Below, piece by piece: positions 24,421 through 37,730 of a stretch of DNA of 64,000 nucleotides; position 1 is the first letter of the stretch; each line of letters begins with the position of its first letter. The notes below the pieces were generated by a model that was not told the origin of the DNA, searched no databases, and saw nothing but the letters and a program-made list of their open reading frames with translations. The stretch lies in NCBI GenBank assembly GCA_973895155.1, contig OZ316891.1, positions 30,052,331-30,116,330 of the forward strand. The letters run 5' to 3'. Source of the stretch: Marsupella aquatica. Taxonomy: Eukaryota; Plantae; Marchantiophyta. The position numbers were made by a program, and so were the translations under genes.

Positions 24421-26888
24421 GTGTCTGGTGAGGACTCTGCCTCCATCCAGTTTCTCATTGTGTTGTGTGATAGTCAATGCCTCTTGACCTCCATTCCTGG
24501 AAGAATGATGGTCTGCCTACATGAGCTTCTGTGTCTGTTCACACATTTGCATCTGTTCAAAGGTCATAGTTGCCCTAGAAAACAGTAAATAGGGTATGCA
24601 CCATGACTCTGGCTTGTATTGGCCAATTGTGCACAGGTAACTTTGTAAGAGGGTTTGAACAATCCTTCCTGACAAGTGAACTGTCACTAGGCATATAAAA
24701 GGGGGAAGTGTGCAAGGCCTTTTTGTTCACTTCCTCTCATTCTTATATTCTCTCGTTCCATATTGCTCCACAAATTCAAGAAAAGATACTATTTATGGTG
24801 AAACCAAGTTTTTGTCAAGGCTAGTGGTGGTTTAAGAACAAAGGGCATGGTTGCATTTACATTCATATCACCAAAAAATGCGGTTCATTTACCACCTATG
24901 TAGTTATCCAAATCCCACCAGGTTTTTGTCATGGCTAGTGGTAATTAAAGAACAATGGGCACGGTTGCATTGAAGGTTCACTTACCCACCTACTGTAGTT
25001 ATCCAAATCCCAGTTTCAGTCATGCAGGTTTGAGATGCCTTAATGGAGAGACAAATGCCTAGTAGCAGTGTATTTTTTAAGGATTTTTATGTTTAGCCAA
25101 TGTGACTAGTGTCGGGCTTCTCTAAGGGAGGAGATTCTAGTAACATTCTCTATCAGATTTTCCTGAATTAAATCGTGACTGTCAGATATCCCTGGATTTT
25201 AAGGAGGATGGTTAGATTCTAGCAAATGGGGATCATGATTTGGGGAAAAGTGGCTAATGGTGATAAAAAAATCTAGCGAATAATAGCCAAAAGTGGGGAG
25301 GTGGAATTTAGCAAAAATTTGCACTTGAAAAATAGGCTGTTGTTTCTCTTGCCTCGAGAGATATTTCTTGAACTGAAAAACCAATTAATGCGCCAATCTT
25401 CACTACGGTACACGATCCCCAGCCAGCCAGGCTCCTAACTCCTCACTCGGAAAAGGAGGTATTTGCTTGATCTACCCCCAAAAGGAAACTTGGTACTTGA
25501 TCAACCCCCTGAGGTCTATCAAAGGTCCAAATTTGAGATCGAAAGGACAATCAACGGTCCAGATTGGGGAAAAGTATCAAGGGGGAAAGTATCCAGGGGG
25601 TTGATTAAACAAACTTTTTGTAGGAGGGGTCTACTAAGCATATCTCTCCTCGGAAAAGGGAGGTAAAGTCCAATCTCGTTTTGAAGGAATGCCCCTCTCG
25701 TACAGGTCGTGGGGCTCCACGTTCTTTTACGGAACAACGTACAACACGCTCTCCATGCTCATTTCAATTAAAATGCATTCAGGAATGAATTGCATTGGTT
25801 GTGGGCCCGGAATTTATTGCTCGACTGGGTCCTTAGCTCCGCGGTAGACATGGCAGAACCAGAGAAAGCTGGTGGTCGCTGCCTTTCGTTGACAATGCAG
25901 TGGAACAGGTTCTTGATTCAGGTCTCACCTGGCCGTGGACATCTCTCAACGAAAAACAAGCAAGCAAGTGAAGGGCTATCAAGTGCAATTGATGGTGATC
26001 TCATGCGGATGCGAGTAACTAGTGATTGGACACAGCTATTTCTGCCTCGCTCACGTATTCCAATTTAATAATCCTTCATTGCAGAGGATTCTTCTGTCCT
26101 ACTGGTGAGGGTTAACATGGAAATATGATGAATGGATCTAATGCTTTCATCTACTGCTTTCATCTACTGTACATAGTTACCCATTTTGATCCTTCCTAGA
26201 AAATCGGAGGTTGCCCCTCATTGTGGTAGTAGTCTTTTCCGAGACAGTGAGGCTGGAGCGAGCTTACGTCATTTTACGATCCAATAGGTTTGAAATGGTC
26301 TTTTGATTGAATGCATCAGGTTAGTAGACTACCTATTGTGCATTTCTGGTCTTACATGAGATCATGAAGTGGACTCAGTGTGATCCCGCAGTTTGTTTCG
26401 TGACAAGGAAGGTTATTCATTCATCTCAGGTGGAGCGATTGAGGGGCCCTTTAGTTCTTCAGCTCAGCTGATTGACCTCTTCCAGTCATCCTCGAGAAAT
26501 GTGGCCTGGTCCAGTGGATGGTCAGAGTGGTCGTTTTCCAGTCGTCGAGAAGCGGAGGTGATCCATGTGGTTCGAGCGTGACACCAACAGTACCTTTACG
26601 ATGTCGGTGGGAATTTACGATATTGAAAATAATGACATTGACTTCAATTGTATAGAAGCAGGGTCTCTATTTGAGAAAGTACTTCAACCAATGAATAAAA
26701 TTTAGAATCTAGCGACTGAACTCGCTACTTTGAGCCTGCACAACTTCGACCAATGACTAAAATTTAGAATCTAGCGACTGACAGGGTTTCCAGCCAAAAA
26801 ATAAGTTCGCGAGGATCAAACCGCCTCACAAGGTTCTGGTAGGATCTTTCGCAGGGGCTTTCCTACTTCTTATCGGAGGCCTCTGGTT

Positions 26889-27560
26889 TTGTATGATAGT
26901 CAGCATCCTCAGTTTTCCGTGGCAGGGTGGGCAGAATATTTTCAATATCATCATTCGTTTCAATCGCGTCCTAAGACCTTGCTAATAGTTTTATCTACGC
27001 TTGATATCGACCAGTATCGAGAGCACAGCACCTACTTTGATGAAGTTAGGATTGTGGAACCCTTTGTTGTGAATGAAAAAGTCCTGCAAGATAGCCTCTC
27101 ACTGCTGCATATATTTATGGAATCAGACTGACTTTGACAAACTGGTTTATGAGCCGCCAATTCCCTGTTCGTGGACAATTGTAATTCGTTGTTGGACTAT
27201 CCTCCCTTCGCAGCAGCAACAAGTCTTTTTCCACCGGATACATTCTCGACAAAAGTGATGAGCATACAGCCTGATGGGCAGACTTACAATTTTTTTGGGA
27301 AAAGACTGCTTTCTTATGAATTCTGTAATCAGCCAGTAGAGAAATTCTTAAACGCTCACTACAGTAATTGGTATCAAAAGTCAACCCGACACCGGATCAG
27401 TCCCTCGTACATGATCAGTGCTGTTTTTGAGAGCCATCGCCAGGAGTCGTGTCTTCCCTGGAAAATCGTAAATTTCAATCTTGACTGGTACCCAGACGAG
27501 GAGGCTAATGTTACCCGACTGTGGAAGATCACTCTGTCCGATCTCAAGCTAGGAAAGAGG
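26889..27560 (+). pseudogene. Frameshifted glycosyltransferase family 8 (glycogenin-like) pseudogene
   Basis: Across frames: LIVLSTLDI...FDEVRIVEPF; YLWNQTDFDKLVY; (frameshift at the DxD position) SLFVDNCNSLLDYPPFAAATSLFPPDTFSTKVMSIQPD; FLNAHYSNWY...HRISPSY; KIVNF. These match the GT8 motif order LWxxTxFDKxVYLDAD, PDxFNSGVMVxxP, DQGFLNxYFxxW...RL, KIVHF. Confidence 0.65.
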
Positions 27561-30377
27561 CCGAAAGTCGTGAGGTCACTCTGCAGAACTGTTTAAAGCG
27601 GGGATCTTGTTGCTGAGGAGTGAAGATACTTGTGGACAAATGAATTGGTTGATCACATACATTACGACTCGATCAATCTATGCTAACTTCTCAGTTCACC
27701 AAGCTTTCTTGAGGTTGGTGCTCTGCATCATAGCGAATCTACTCAATGTGTACCCGTTTCCCTGCCTTCTCAAGGACCAAAAATCAAGGTGCACCAGTGG
27801 CCCTCCTGTTTTGCGCAGTTATCATATTTTGTTAGTATCTGTTGATGGGCAGTCATGTTCGTCCTCTGGAGACAGTCTACTCTCTTGGCCTTGATGTTTC
27901 AGATATGGTCAAGAAGTCTTCATGTTCTCAGCAGCGCACAGCTGCTGTTTGCATGATAAACTGCTTCTTACTGAATGATATTGTGTTTCGGACTACTTGT
28001 TATGAAATTGCATAGTTCCCGGCATCCATCTTAACCTTTACCAGCATTGAAAGGTAACAACTTGAAGGGAGTGTTTGGTTCTCATCGTTTCTGTTCGGAT
28101 TCCGGTCTATACGTTCTGTTGGTTGTCATCACCTCACCGCGCGTAGACGAAGAAAACTCGTTTGTCCAAATTAAATAGCAACTGATAAAATGTATTCTCT
28201 CATGACAATAGGGACTTTTAGTGTTTTTGTGTCCCAACTTGTAAATTGCGGTTGACTTCTGCTATCTCGACCTTTTTTTGAAGTTTTTGAAGTTTGTTTG
28301 CTGCTGCAGTTTTTTAGGAGCAGCAACACTGACACTCAGCCCAACGCGCTGAGTATGACGTCCTTACAAGCTTTTCTCGTTGAACATCAAATCGCAACAC
28401 CGAAGTGGTACCAACGGTTCTTTGACAAAATTTCCATCATCTTACTGGATTTCCACTACTGATTATCACGCACGATCCGCTCAATTGGTTCTATTTCAGG
28501 TTAGTGACATCGAAATAGTGCCGTTGCCGTTGCCGTTTTTTAAATTTTTGCTCGTCTCTTCCTATGAGCGTACCCATGCACTTCGAAGAAGTGGCTCTAA
28601 TGAAGGTGGACATCCTCTTGGTACGTTTCGATGTTCCACAGCGACGGCCAGTTCTGGTACTCCTTCCGCACACTTTTGAGGGCCAGTTATGCCCTGGCTC
28701 TACATAAACTTTTACCGGAAACATGACAGTTAAACCAGATACAAGTCCAGCTCTGAGCTCAAACTCAGTAGATTATACGTCACGAAAACTTCTATGCACA
28801 GATAACTGCAGTTCTCATTTTATTAATTACATCATGGTGGAGGAAATGTGTTCAAGGAAAGATATTACTTTTGTAAGGTGCAAGGAAACCTATGTAGGAT
28901 TATCTACAATTGAAAGCCTAGCTAGAAGCACTGGCCACACTGCTGGGACTGGTACTAGACAACCTAGGAGGCAAGATTCGATCTCTACGTACTCAAGGCC
29001 GTGTTGGGATAAACAATATCAAATGGGATAAACAATATCAAATTTAATACAATAACAAATCTGATATAGGCACTTACCCACAAGACCTGAGGCACAATGA
29101 TATCTTTCACTCAACAATTTTTTTTACAATAATGTATTTTTCTATTCAATGATATCTTTTGCACTAGTATCTATTTCTCAATAACATCTTTAACCAAACA
29201 ACATATATCTTTTATGCAATGCATGAGGATTGAAAGGATACCAACAAAATGGTCATAGTTCGACTGTCTAGATTTGTAGTGTCTGGTCATAGTCGACTGT
29301 CTTGTAATGTCTGGTCATAGTCGACTGTCTGGTCATAGTCGACTGTCTAGATTTGTAGTCAGTCTGTCATGTACTCTGACTTGTGAGTGAAAGGTTTTAT
29401 CAGAAGTGAAGCCAATTCTATATGACCCTATGAGGTGTCTACAAAGTCGCTAATTATAAATTAAATATTTATTAATCCAATAAATCTATAATATTGATTT
29501 TTACATATAACTAATACTATTATATACCAAACTTAAAAGGAAATATTAATAACTACCGGGTACCAGGGAGGAGTCTGTTCACACAATGATTACTACTTTA
29601 CAAAGAGTTAGTGGGGCCTCACTGCTCGAGTGTGTCTTAACAGGCTTTCAAGATCAACTTTTTACGTCTAGTACATCGTGGGCTGAGGGCTTGTCACCCT
29701 AGTTGTGGACCATGGAGAAAATGAGATGATGCAACATTTGCTATGCTTTCAATCATACTAACAAATAAAAGTCAATCATTTGTGTGTAATCATATATATA
29801 TTCTATATCCCTGAATTACTCTAGCGATCTATGGTCATTTTCTGAACATTTAGATCCGATGTCCATTTTTTTCATATACAGATTGGCTTTTGCATTCATC
29901 CATTCCAAGCTTTGATAGTTGTGGCGCACAATCCAAGCTTTCTTGTATCATCATTACCGCATTAGCAGATATCAATTTCATAAATAATTCCACTGTAGAG
30001 AAAAGGTACTTGGTGAAGATTCACAATTAACAGCAATCGAACTCAACTTGAGGTAGCTATTATAAAATCCACTTGGATTGGTCGAATATAGTAAATATAA
30101 TATAAAGTACAATGCTACAAAGTTCAACGGTTTAGACATGAATTAACATAGAGAAAATACTCAACAGTCGACTTCAATCCGATACATATATAAGCACTCA
30201 GGTACTGCACTACTGGAGCTAAACTCTCTAAATACAGGGGGTGCCAATTTAGTACCCGGGCCAATCACCTATACTGATCCACTCCTTTGGGTGATAAGGC
30301 TACGTTTAGCGGCAAAATACCAACAAGATGGCCTGCTAGGAGCATGTTTGCAGCGCGCGCGCACGTATCATATCCAG

Positions 30378-31493
30378 TCAAAGCTGAACAGTACCCATAA
30401 ATGGTTGGAAAAGGCTTAGCCCATCAGACAAATCTCCAGAGTCTGGCACTTTCTCCCACAGAACCTCTTTTTTCTCACTGCTAAAACCTTTGCTTTGAAT
30501 CATGCTTGACTGGTAGGAAGCTGCATTATTAGTCCATTGCACTGCTGCTACAAGCTCATTACTCGCATGAACGGTAAGCGTTGTCTGCACATCCAGTTGG
30601 TGATTCTCTCCAAGGCCAACCCAGGACATTGAATGTTGCTGTCTCCATGAATTGGTGCCCATGTCATAAACATGGACCCCAAGGACATTCATGGAATAGA
30701 GATTCCCTTGCAAAGTGAACACATTTCCATTTTCTACGTCAGCAGGTAGGTTTACAGCTCTCCAAGCATCGGTAGCTGGATGATAAATCTGCCAAGAGGC
30801 AGAGGAAGCTGTTTCTCCATGTCCGCCACGCAAAAGAAACTCCTCTCCCATTGTCAGAACTTGATTGAAAACCTGCCCATGATTCATGGCCTTTATTAAG
30901 GACCACGTGTTGTACTTGGGGTCGTACATCTCTGATGAAGATGTCGGTGTTCCTTCGTGAGAGATGCCCCCAAACACATAAATCTTGCCATTTATCACAC
31001 CACATCCAAAGAATCGTCTGCCTTCTAGCATGTCTGCGAGTTTTCTCCACTCCGTCTGCCCGGCCCGCAGATCCAGCATATAAAGACTTTTGGCGACAGC
31101 CACCTTGAAGCCCGACAGTTCACAAGGTCCTCCCAACGCAAATATCTTTCCATCCAATGGAATGACTTGCCACGACCGCGGAAGAGCAGTTTGGAAATCT
31201 GGGATCGGAGGAAGGTTACGGAAAGTCTTCTCTCGGGTGGAATACAGAGAAATGCTGTTTTCTCCTTGATCAACGCGGTCAGGAATAACTACTAGTGTCT
31301 CCGTTGACTGCGACCCAACTCTTGTATCGTGCACCAGTCCACTTTGAATTGCCTTTCGCCAACTAGTGCTTACTCCAGATAAAACTGAAAGCATTTCCCA
31401 CGGCAACTTTGTAGCAATGTCGCTCAAGCTCACGTCATTTGGAAGACCAGGAAGGAGCTCGTCAAGCAATGGAAAGACATCCTTGGATTCCAT
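30378..31493 (-). CDS. F-box/Kelch-repeat protein (371 aa, intronless CDS)
   Basis: F-box LLPGLPNDVSLSDIATKLPW...VSTSWRKAI; Kelch repeats DGKIFALGG, GKIYVFGG...SEMYDPKYNTWS, IYHPATDAWR. ATG at 31493. Confidence 0.92.
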   Translation of the reverse strand: MESKDVFPLLDELLPGLPNDVSLSDIATKLPWEMLSVLSGVSTSWRKAIQSGLVHDTRVGSQSTETLVVIPDRVDQGENSISLYSTREKTFRNLPPIPDFQTALPRSWQVIPLDGKIFALGGPCELSGFKVAVAKSLYMLDLRAGQTEWRKLADMLEGRRFFGCGVINGKIYVFGGISHEGTPTSSSEMYDPKYNTWSLIKAMNHGQVFNQVLTMGEEFLLRGGHGETASSASWQIYHPATDAWRAVNLPADVENGNVFTLQGNLYSMNVLGVHVYDMGTNSWRQQHSMSWVGLGENHQLDVQTTLTVHASNELVAAVQWTNNAASYQSSMIQSKGFSSEKKEVLWEKVPDSGDLSDGLSLFQPFMGTVQL

Positions 31494-31790
31494 AACGAAT
31501 GAATACACAAGGAATGAAACCTGCAAGTTGATTCCCAACGACAATTCCTGAAGGACCTTCTATTGTAGACTGTTTGTCAAGACTTAAGACTTAGATAAAT
31601 TTCGAGTCTTCGATCGGAACTTAACAATATGTCGATCTGCAGGGCGCGAACAACTTGCAATAATAGACAAACGTACGATGAGAAGAATGACTAAAGCAAC
31701 AACCTCCTCAGTCTCCTAAGCAGGGAAGCTAGAGAAAGGCAGAGAGAGAGAGAGTGATCGATCTGTGGAGAAGTGATGGGCCCCAGTCCC

Positions 31791-31797
31791 TTAAATA
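31791..31797 (-). promoter_or_regulatory. Candidate TATA box (TATTTAA) of the F-box/Kelch gene; conserved in the duplicate at 41894-41900
   Basis: cctatttaaggg on the minus strand, followed by a CT-repeat leader typical of plant 5'UTRs. Confidence 0.5.
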
Positions 31798-34700
31798 GGT
31801 AAGTAGCCGAAGATGTTGAAAGGTTACTGATCGATGACAAAAATTAAGTCTCACTGATTCCAGACTATGTGCCTAACATTATCCATTATATTAATTAGTC
31901 CCGGCAAAACGCCTGGTACGTCTTTCATTTTGATGTTCATGATTGCGCGGCACGTGGGCAAAGCAAGGAGTAATCCCCGCATCCACACATGATGCCTTAC
32001 GACATACACTAGGTTGTCCCGGCCACCTTGCTAGTCCCATGTTAGTAGTCAATCAGACATGATTGCAGCCCTTGTATACCTCACATCCAAACAACTGAAC
32101 GTCGCTAGCTGGCTTCATTATTAACTGAATCATGGACGGAAGGAAGGAAATGTTGCCGGCTTGGCTTTCTCGCTTCGCTTCCTTTCCCCTATCTTTCGAT
32201 CAACCTACAGATCAAAGGAAGGATGGACGGAATATTGTTTGAATGAAGTCAAAGCCGGAGAATAGACGTTGTACTGATTAACTGCATTCTTACTTTTCAG
32301 CCCCGTTTTCAGCTAGAATGCATGTTACACTGACGAATGACTGACGAGTTGCAATTGAGGATGGAAGGACCTTGTCATGAATCGCGGGATCACATACTGA
32401 CGAGTGTACGAAGGGAAGGAAACTATGATGAATGACCTGGGACCCGATCATTGGAGACTAACCACTGACTGACTTGAGACGTGATGCGTTCTATCAATGT
32501 ATATAAGCAGTAAGTTGATGTCTAGAGCAAGACCTCTTCAGGCCATTCCTACCGACGTCTGGGTATCTAATTGCTTACTGAGGGTGCTTAATTTCGTGTA
32601 GCGGAGCACGTATTTGAAGCTACAACTCTTCCCAAGAGCCAATAGGGCCTCGTATTATCTCAAAAGGCGATTTGTTTAGACTTTTCTGTTCAATTAATCG
32701 CACCGGGTTTAATCGTGAAATAGAGATCAGCACCGAGGAGCAGCCGGTCGGACATTGGGAAGCTTCTCAAAAGCGCAGAAATAGCAATTTGCATGGTCCC
32801 TTCTGACACGAACGCGAGAAAGGTACATGATTGATCAATATGGAGAGTCGGAACTCCAGCGAATATATAACACTGGCAAATCTCCTCAAGAATGGTGAAT
32901 GTGTTAGAAAGGGATCGTCTCGCCTGCCTTTGAAGTCTAGCGCTACGGACACAGCATGCACAGCGTATCTTCGAGCTGCAAAGTCACGCAGAGAGCGCAA
33001 AGACCGGTTCCGTAGTGGACTGCGGCGTCTTTGGAGACTTCTCAGCACCGTTTTTCCAACTTCGTGCCTCCCCAAGGCCTCCAGCTGTGACACTAATGCA
33101 ATTGAAACTGGGCATTCCAGGTTTTCTTCGTACGTCAATAAGAGGGTAATTCAGCGGGATGTCAAAAGGAAGCTAGTGCTGTTCACAGTGGACGAGAAGT
33201 TACCCAACGCAGGAAAGCCCTGACGTTAGAGCGGATAATGTCCAGGAAGCAATCATCCCATGCTGTATATCAATTATCGAAGCTGTATAATATCCCAGAA
33301 GAAGCGCCGAGGGAAGGTTTTCTGCAGCGAAGTTACGCACTCAGCAAGCGCAAGATTCAGAGACTTGAGGGGTACGTTGAATGTATGGAAGCTGGAACTC
33401 GCAGATCCTCAACTTGTCAAAACCTTTCTGCGAAAGTATATACGTCATCCTGAAGAAACGCCAAAATAAAGTTTTCCTCAGCGAAGCGTTGCAACCAGTA
33501 AAGCGAATCCAGGTATGAGAATCTGGAGGGTTGGATTCAGGGAGACAGGACCTCGCACTAGTTGTACTAGCTTGGTCGAAAACTTTTCTACAACCCATCC
33601 CAAGCATCGCGACTTGTCAACCTAAAGCACAACACGACTAGCATATGCATATATGTACAAGACGGTGTTCGCTCAAAATTCGAGCTTCTAGTGGGGATTT
33701 TAGCCGTAGAAACAGACTCCAAGGCCTAGCTCTTATTCATCCGGAAACATCACAAGAGAGATATTGGTGAGCACTTGGCAATGACTTCATCTTGAAGAAA
33801 ACCAATATATTAAGAACAACCATCATGGAAGTTCGAGATAGCCACTGGAGACACTGTTTATTGTTTAGAGCTTAACAAACGTACAGACGTACTCACTAGT
33901 ATATATGATTTTTGGCCGTTAATAAAATCGACTCGTGAAACAATAAAGCTTACCCCTCCGCTCAGCAATGTTCCTGGCCGGCTTTCAAGGGAATTAGTCA
34001 TATAATTTTTATGTTCGAGTTCTTTTGAGATTAAAGTACGTTGAAACTCAAGTCCTTTGCTCCAAACCATATAGACATATGTATATGTAGATAGTAATCC
34101 AAGCTAATCATGAGCGTGTACTATGGCCTGCGGGTACGTCCACATTCCGCACTCTTCATTTGTATCTTGCCCAACTTCACTCTCGATCGATCTGAACCGG
34201 GTTGTCTAGAGCAACCTAGTTTCATTCGTATCAAATTAATTACAATGTTGAATTCAAGCACTTCATGATTGTATCGAGTGAGGCTTGACGTTCCGTTTGC
34301 CATAGTTCAATTATGTTTGCTTTAACAAGGCATTCTGTGTGAACCGGCCGGGGACCATGCAGGTTAGCTAAATGTTTGAAGGGCTGGAACCAGTTCAGAA
34401 ATGGACAAATCCGTCTTTTAATTGCAACTTCCATTCGGTAGTGTGTCTATCCTAAGAGTAAATTCGTGAAGCTCCAATGGTCTTTTTATATAGAGACGAG
34501 CCCCATGCCCGTGCATTGCACAGAAATGTCTAGGTGAGAAACTATATGAATATGAGAAAATTGAGAAAATGATCCTGAAGTTGAAGATGTCGAAGTGAGA
34601 AATGATATGAATGTGAGAAACTTGAGAAAATGATCGTGAAATTGTGAAGGAAAAAAAATGATGTGGAGGAGAGAAAAGATTTTGGGGTGTATTCATGCCT

Positions 34701-37700
34701 AGATTTGCTGGCTATTCTTACTCATAGTCCTGCTTTTGTAAGTTTTCAAGGAACACTCAAGTAAAGTAATACAGGAAAGGGCCAAACAACCATCAATGAT
34801 AAAAAAGCAAACGAGCCTGCAAACACCTCCTTGCAATGAGTATAAGACAACACACACTCCTGGCATACAGTACTCTTCACGATGTCCACTGAAGCGCCCA
34901 TCCTTCCCTGACGGGCCCGCTTCCTGGCCGGGTATGTGCCTGGACTCTATGCCTATCCTTGCTTGGTATACGCGTCTGTTTGCAGGGCATTAGCAACAGT
35001 CCAATGATTTGCCCAATGCCCATGCAGGAAGGGGAGGCAGACATAGAAAAAATGCCTACGCGCACTCCATTGCTGTCGCCTCCCTTTGCACATGCCCCGC
35101 CCTTGAATCCCTCCTTTGCTCGCCCTTCCAACAAATGGCCAGCACCACCATACAGAGAAAAGATGTCTGAAATGAATAAAAAATATCAAGATGAAAAAAC
35201 AAAATATCAAGGTGTTAAAAAAATGTTTGGAGAGAAAAAGATATCAAAATAAGAAAATCAGTTGTTTTTATACAAGAAGGCGCCACCCACCGCGCCCCCC
35301 CCCCTTCCCATCCCAGCCCGTACCCCCAACAACAATTGAGCGATCGATACTTACATTGGTCAACGTACTTAAGTTTCAGCTAGCCAGGTTATTCCACCAT
35401 TTTGCTCATGAATTGAAGTTCATGGAAACGACCGGAGCGCGTACTCCTTCCGCACACTTTTGAGGGCCAGTTATGCCCTGGTTCTACATAAACTTTTACC
35501 AGAAACATGGCAGTCAGACCAGATGTATAATTAAGTCCAGCTAGCTCTGAGCTCAAACTCAGTAGATTATACACCAGGAAACTTGTATGCACAGATAACT
35601 GCAGTTCTCATTTTATTCATTAAATCATCATGGTGAAGGAAATGTATTCGAGTACACCAGGAAATCTTGTATGCACAGATAACTGCAGTTCTCAATTTAT
35701 TAATTAAATCATTAAATTTTATTCATTAAATCATCATGGTGGAGGAAATGTATTCAAGGAAAGATATAACTTTTGTAAGGTGCAAAGAAACCGCCAAGGC
35801 GAAATCTATAATCACCCAAAACCTCAGCCAGCTCATTGCTTTGGGAACAAAGGAGTGCGCTACATTGGTGGATAATACATCGGACCAACTACAGTCACGC
35901 AGAAAATGGTGACCAGCCTGCCTAACGTACACTCTTGAAAGTTGAATACACATCTCGCTCAGTTTTCCCCGGAGTGAAAGTAGAGATATATACATTAAAT
36001 ACAAACACAGATTTACGGCACCACAAAAAATATGTCTGCCTCCACCTAGCTTAAATCTCATGGCTAAATGAACCCACTAATTAAGCCCAACTAAATATCG
36101 ATATATATTTCTAAAGTATATTCTTATGGTTCTCGTCCATAGGTAGCGCTAATACTGGACTTATCTGATCTTGTAACTAGTTCATACAATCTAAATGTAA
36201 ATTAAACTCCATGGATCAGACCTTACGAATCTGTCAATCTTAGAGGCCTACCTGACTATTGTAGCCATTGAAACATTTCATTTAATTGCTTTGACACCAA
36301 ATAAAGGAGCCACCTAGGCCATGAATTAACCGCAGGATTCAAAACAATGCCTCAAACGCAGTCAGGGGAGGACGACAAGCCGGTCAGAATTCCCGAGCGA
36401 AAGAAATCAAACCAGATCGAGAAATCTCATGGTTTAGTTCCAGAGCAGGTCGATGTCTCTGATCTGTGGCACCAGCGTCCAGCTTGGGCATGTTCACTAC
36501 CAAGTGACTTATCATATGTCTGTCCAATCTTGTCAATGGCCTACCCACACTACCTCGGGTTGAGTGCAAATGTCCCTCTGTTTTCCACGTACTGGGCAAT
36601 TTGGCCTGCAGGTTCATTCTGATCTTTGTGTTCCAGCTTAGACCAAGTTCAAGGAGGATTATCTACAATTGAAGGCCTAGCTAGAAGCTCTGGCCACACT
36701 GCAGGGACTATGGCCTGGTACTAGACAACCTAGGAGGCAAGATTCGATCTCTACTCAAGGCCGTGTTGGGACAATTATCCAATGGGATAACAATATCAAA
36801 TTTAAAACAATAACAAATCTGATATAGGTACGTACCCACAAGACGGGCTGCAAGAACAACATATAGTTCCCATTTCCTCTAGTGATTCATTAATTAATAT
36901 ATTAATCATATAGCGTCATTGCGTAGGGCTCATGGGATCCAGAACTCAGAGTATTGTTTGACCTAATTTAAGGGTCTACATCTTGCTTTTGCAATTAGTT
37001 TCTTCCCTCCCTAGTTAGAGCTGTACATAGCGATTAATTCCTCTTGGAGTTCTCGTGCTTCCATTTCTAGCTCTGCAGACAAGTATATATATTGCAGATA
37101 TTTAGGGTTTCTATATGCGATCCTCCGTCCAATCTTCCATGCTCCCGATCGATCTCCTGGCCTGCTGATCTAACGAAGTGTTGAATGCGGCCTGATGCCG
37201 ATCCATGATCGAGCTAGACGCTGGACAGTACGTGCTTAGTTGTGTCCCCTCTGTACGTGAAAGATAAATGATCATTGACCAACATCGGTCGAGAAAGGCC
37301 AATTGACTTAATTAACGTGCTTCAGAGTTTTGATGGTACGTAGGCTCTGACCTGGGGTCTAGACCGGCCTACTCGTCGGCCTACAAGTTGTATGTGAGCC
37401 AGAGTTTCGTGGATAAACTCTGCAAACTGAGGCTGAAACAGGAGGTTGTCTCCGTACATAGGTGTACGTAAATCGAGATGAACCTCGGCGACCTCATTTA
37501 TTAAATATCAGTGCAACCGGGTTTCTTGACAAGCTACTATAGCTGCCACCAACAATTTGCTGACAAGCTTGGCGACCCATTCAAGAAATTGCTAAAGACA
37601 GTTCTGTAGGCAGGTAAGGTTTTCAGTGGACTTGATCTAATTAGTTGCCGACATCTTAGCACGTAACGAAGCTAGGTCATGACTAGACGTACGAAGCCAA

Positions 37701-37730
37701 CACTCGGAAACACACACATATATATATATA

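Larger units (their letters stand above)
28658..33262. repeat. Segmental duplication unit 1 (~4.6 kb, contains intact F-box/Kelch gene)
   Basis: 28658-28890 matches 35443-35790, ~28897-29085 matches ~36657-36843, and ~29343-33262 matches ~39480-43352. Confidence 0.9.

Noticed and set aside
31494-31544. Extra N-terminal 17 aa on the F-box/Kelch ORF
   Set aside because: TTG start; the first ATG at 31493 sits directly before the F-box.
32767-33607. Overlapping short ORFs in the duplicated flank
   Set aside because: Frames are not preserved in the duplicate (42943-43350) and no motif is recognisable; at most a decayed gene.
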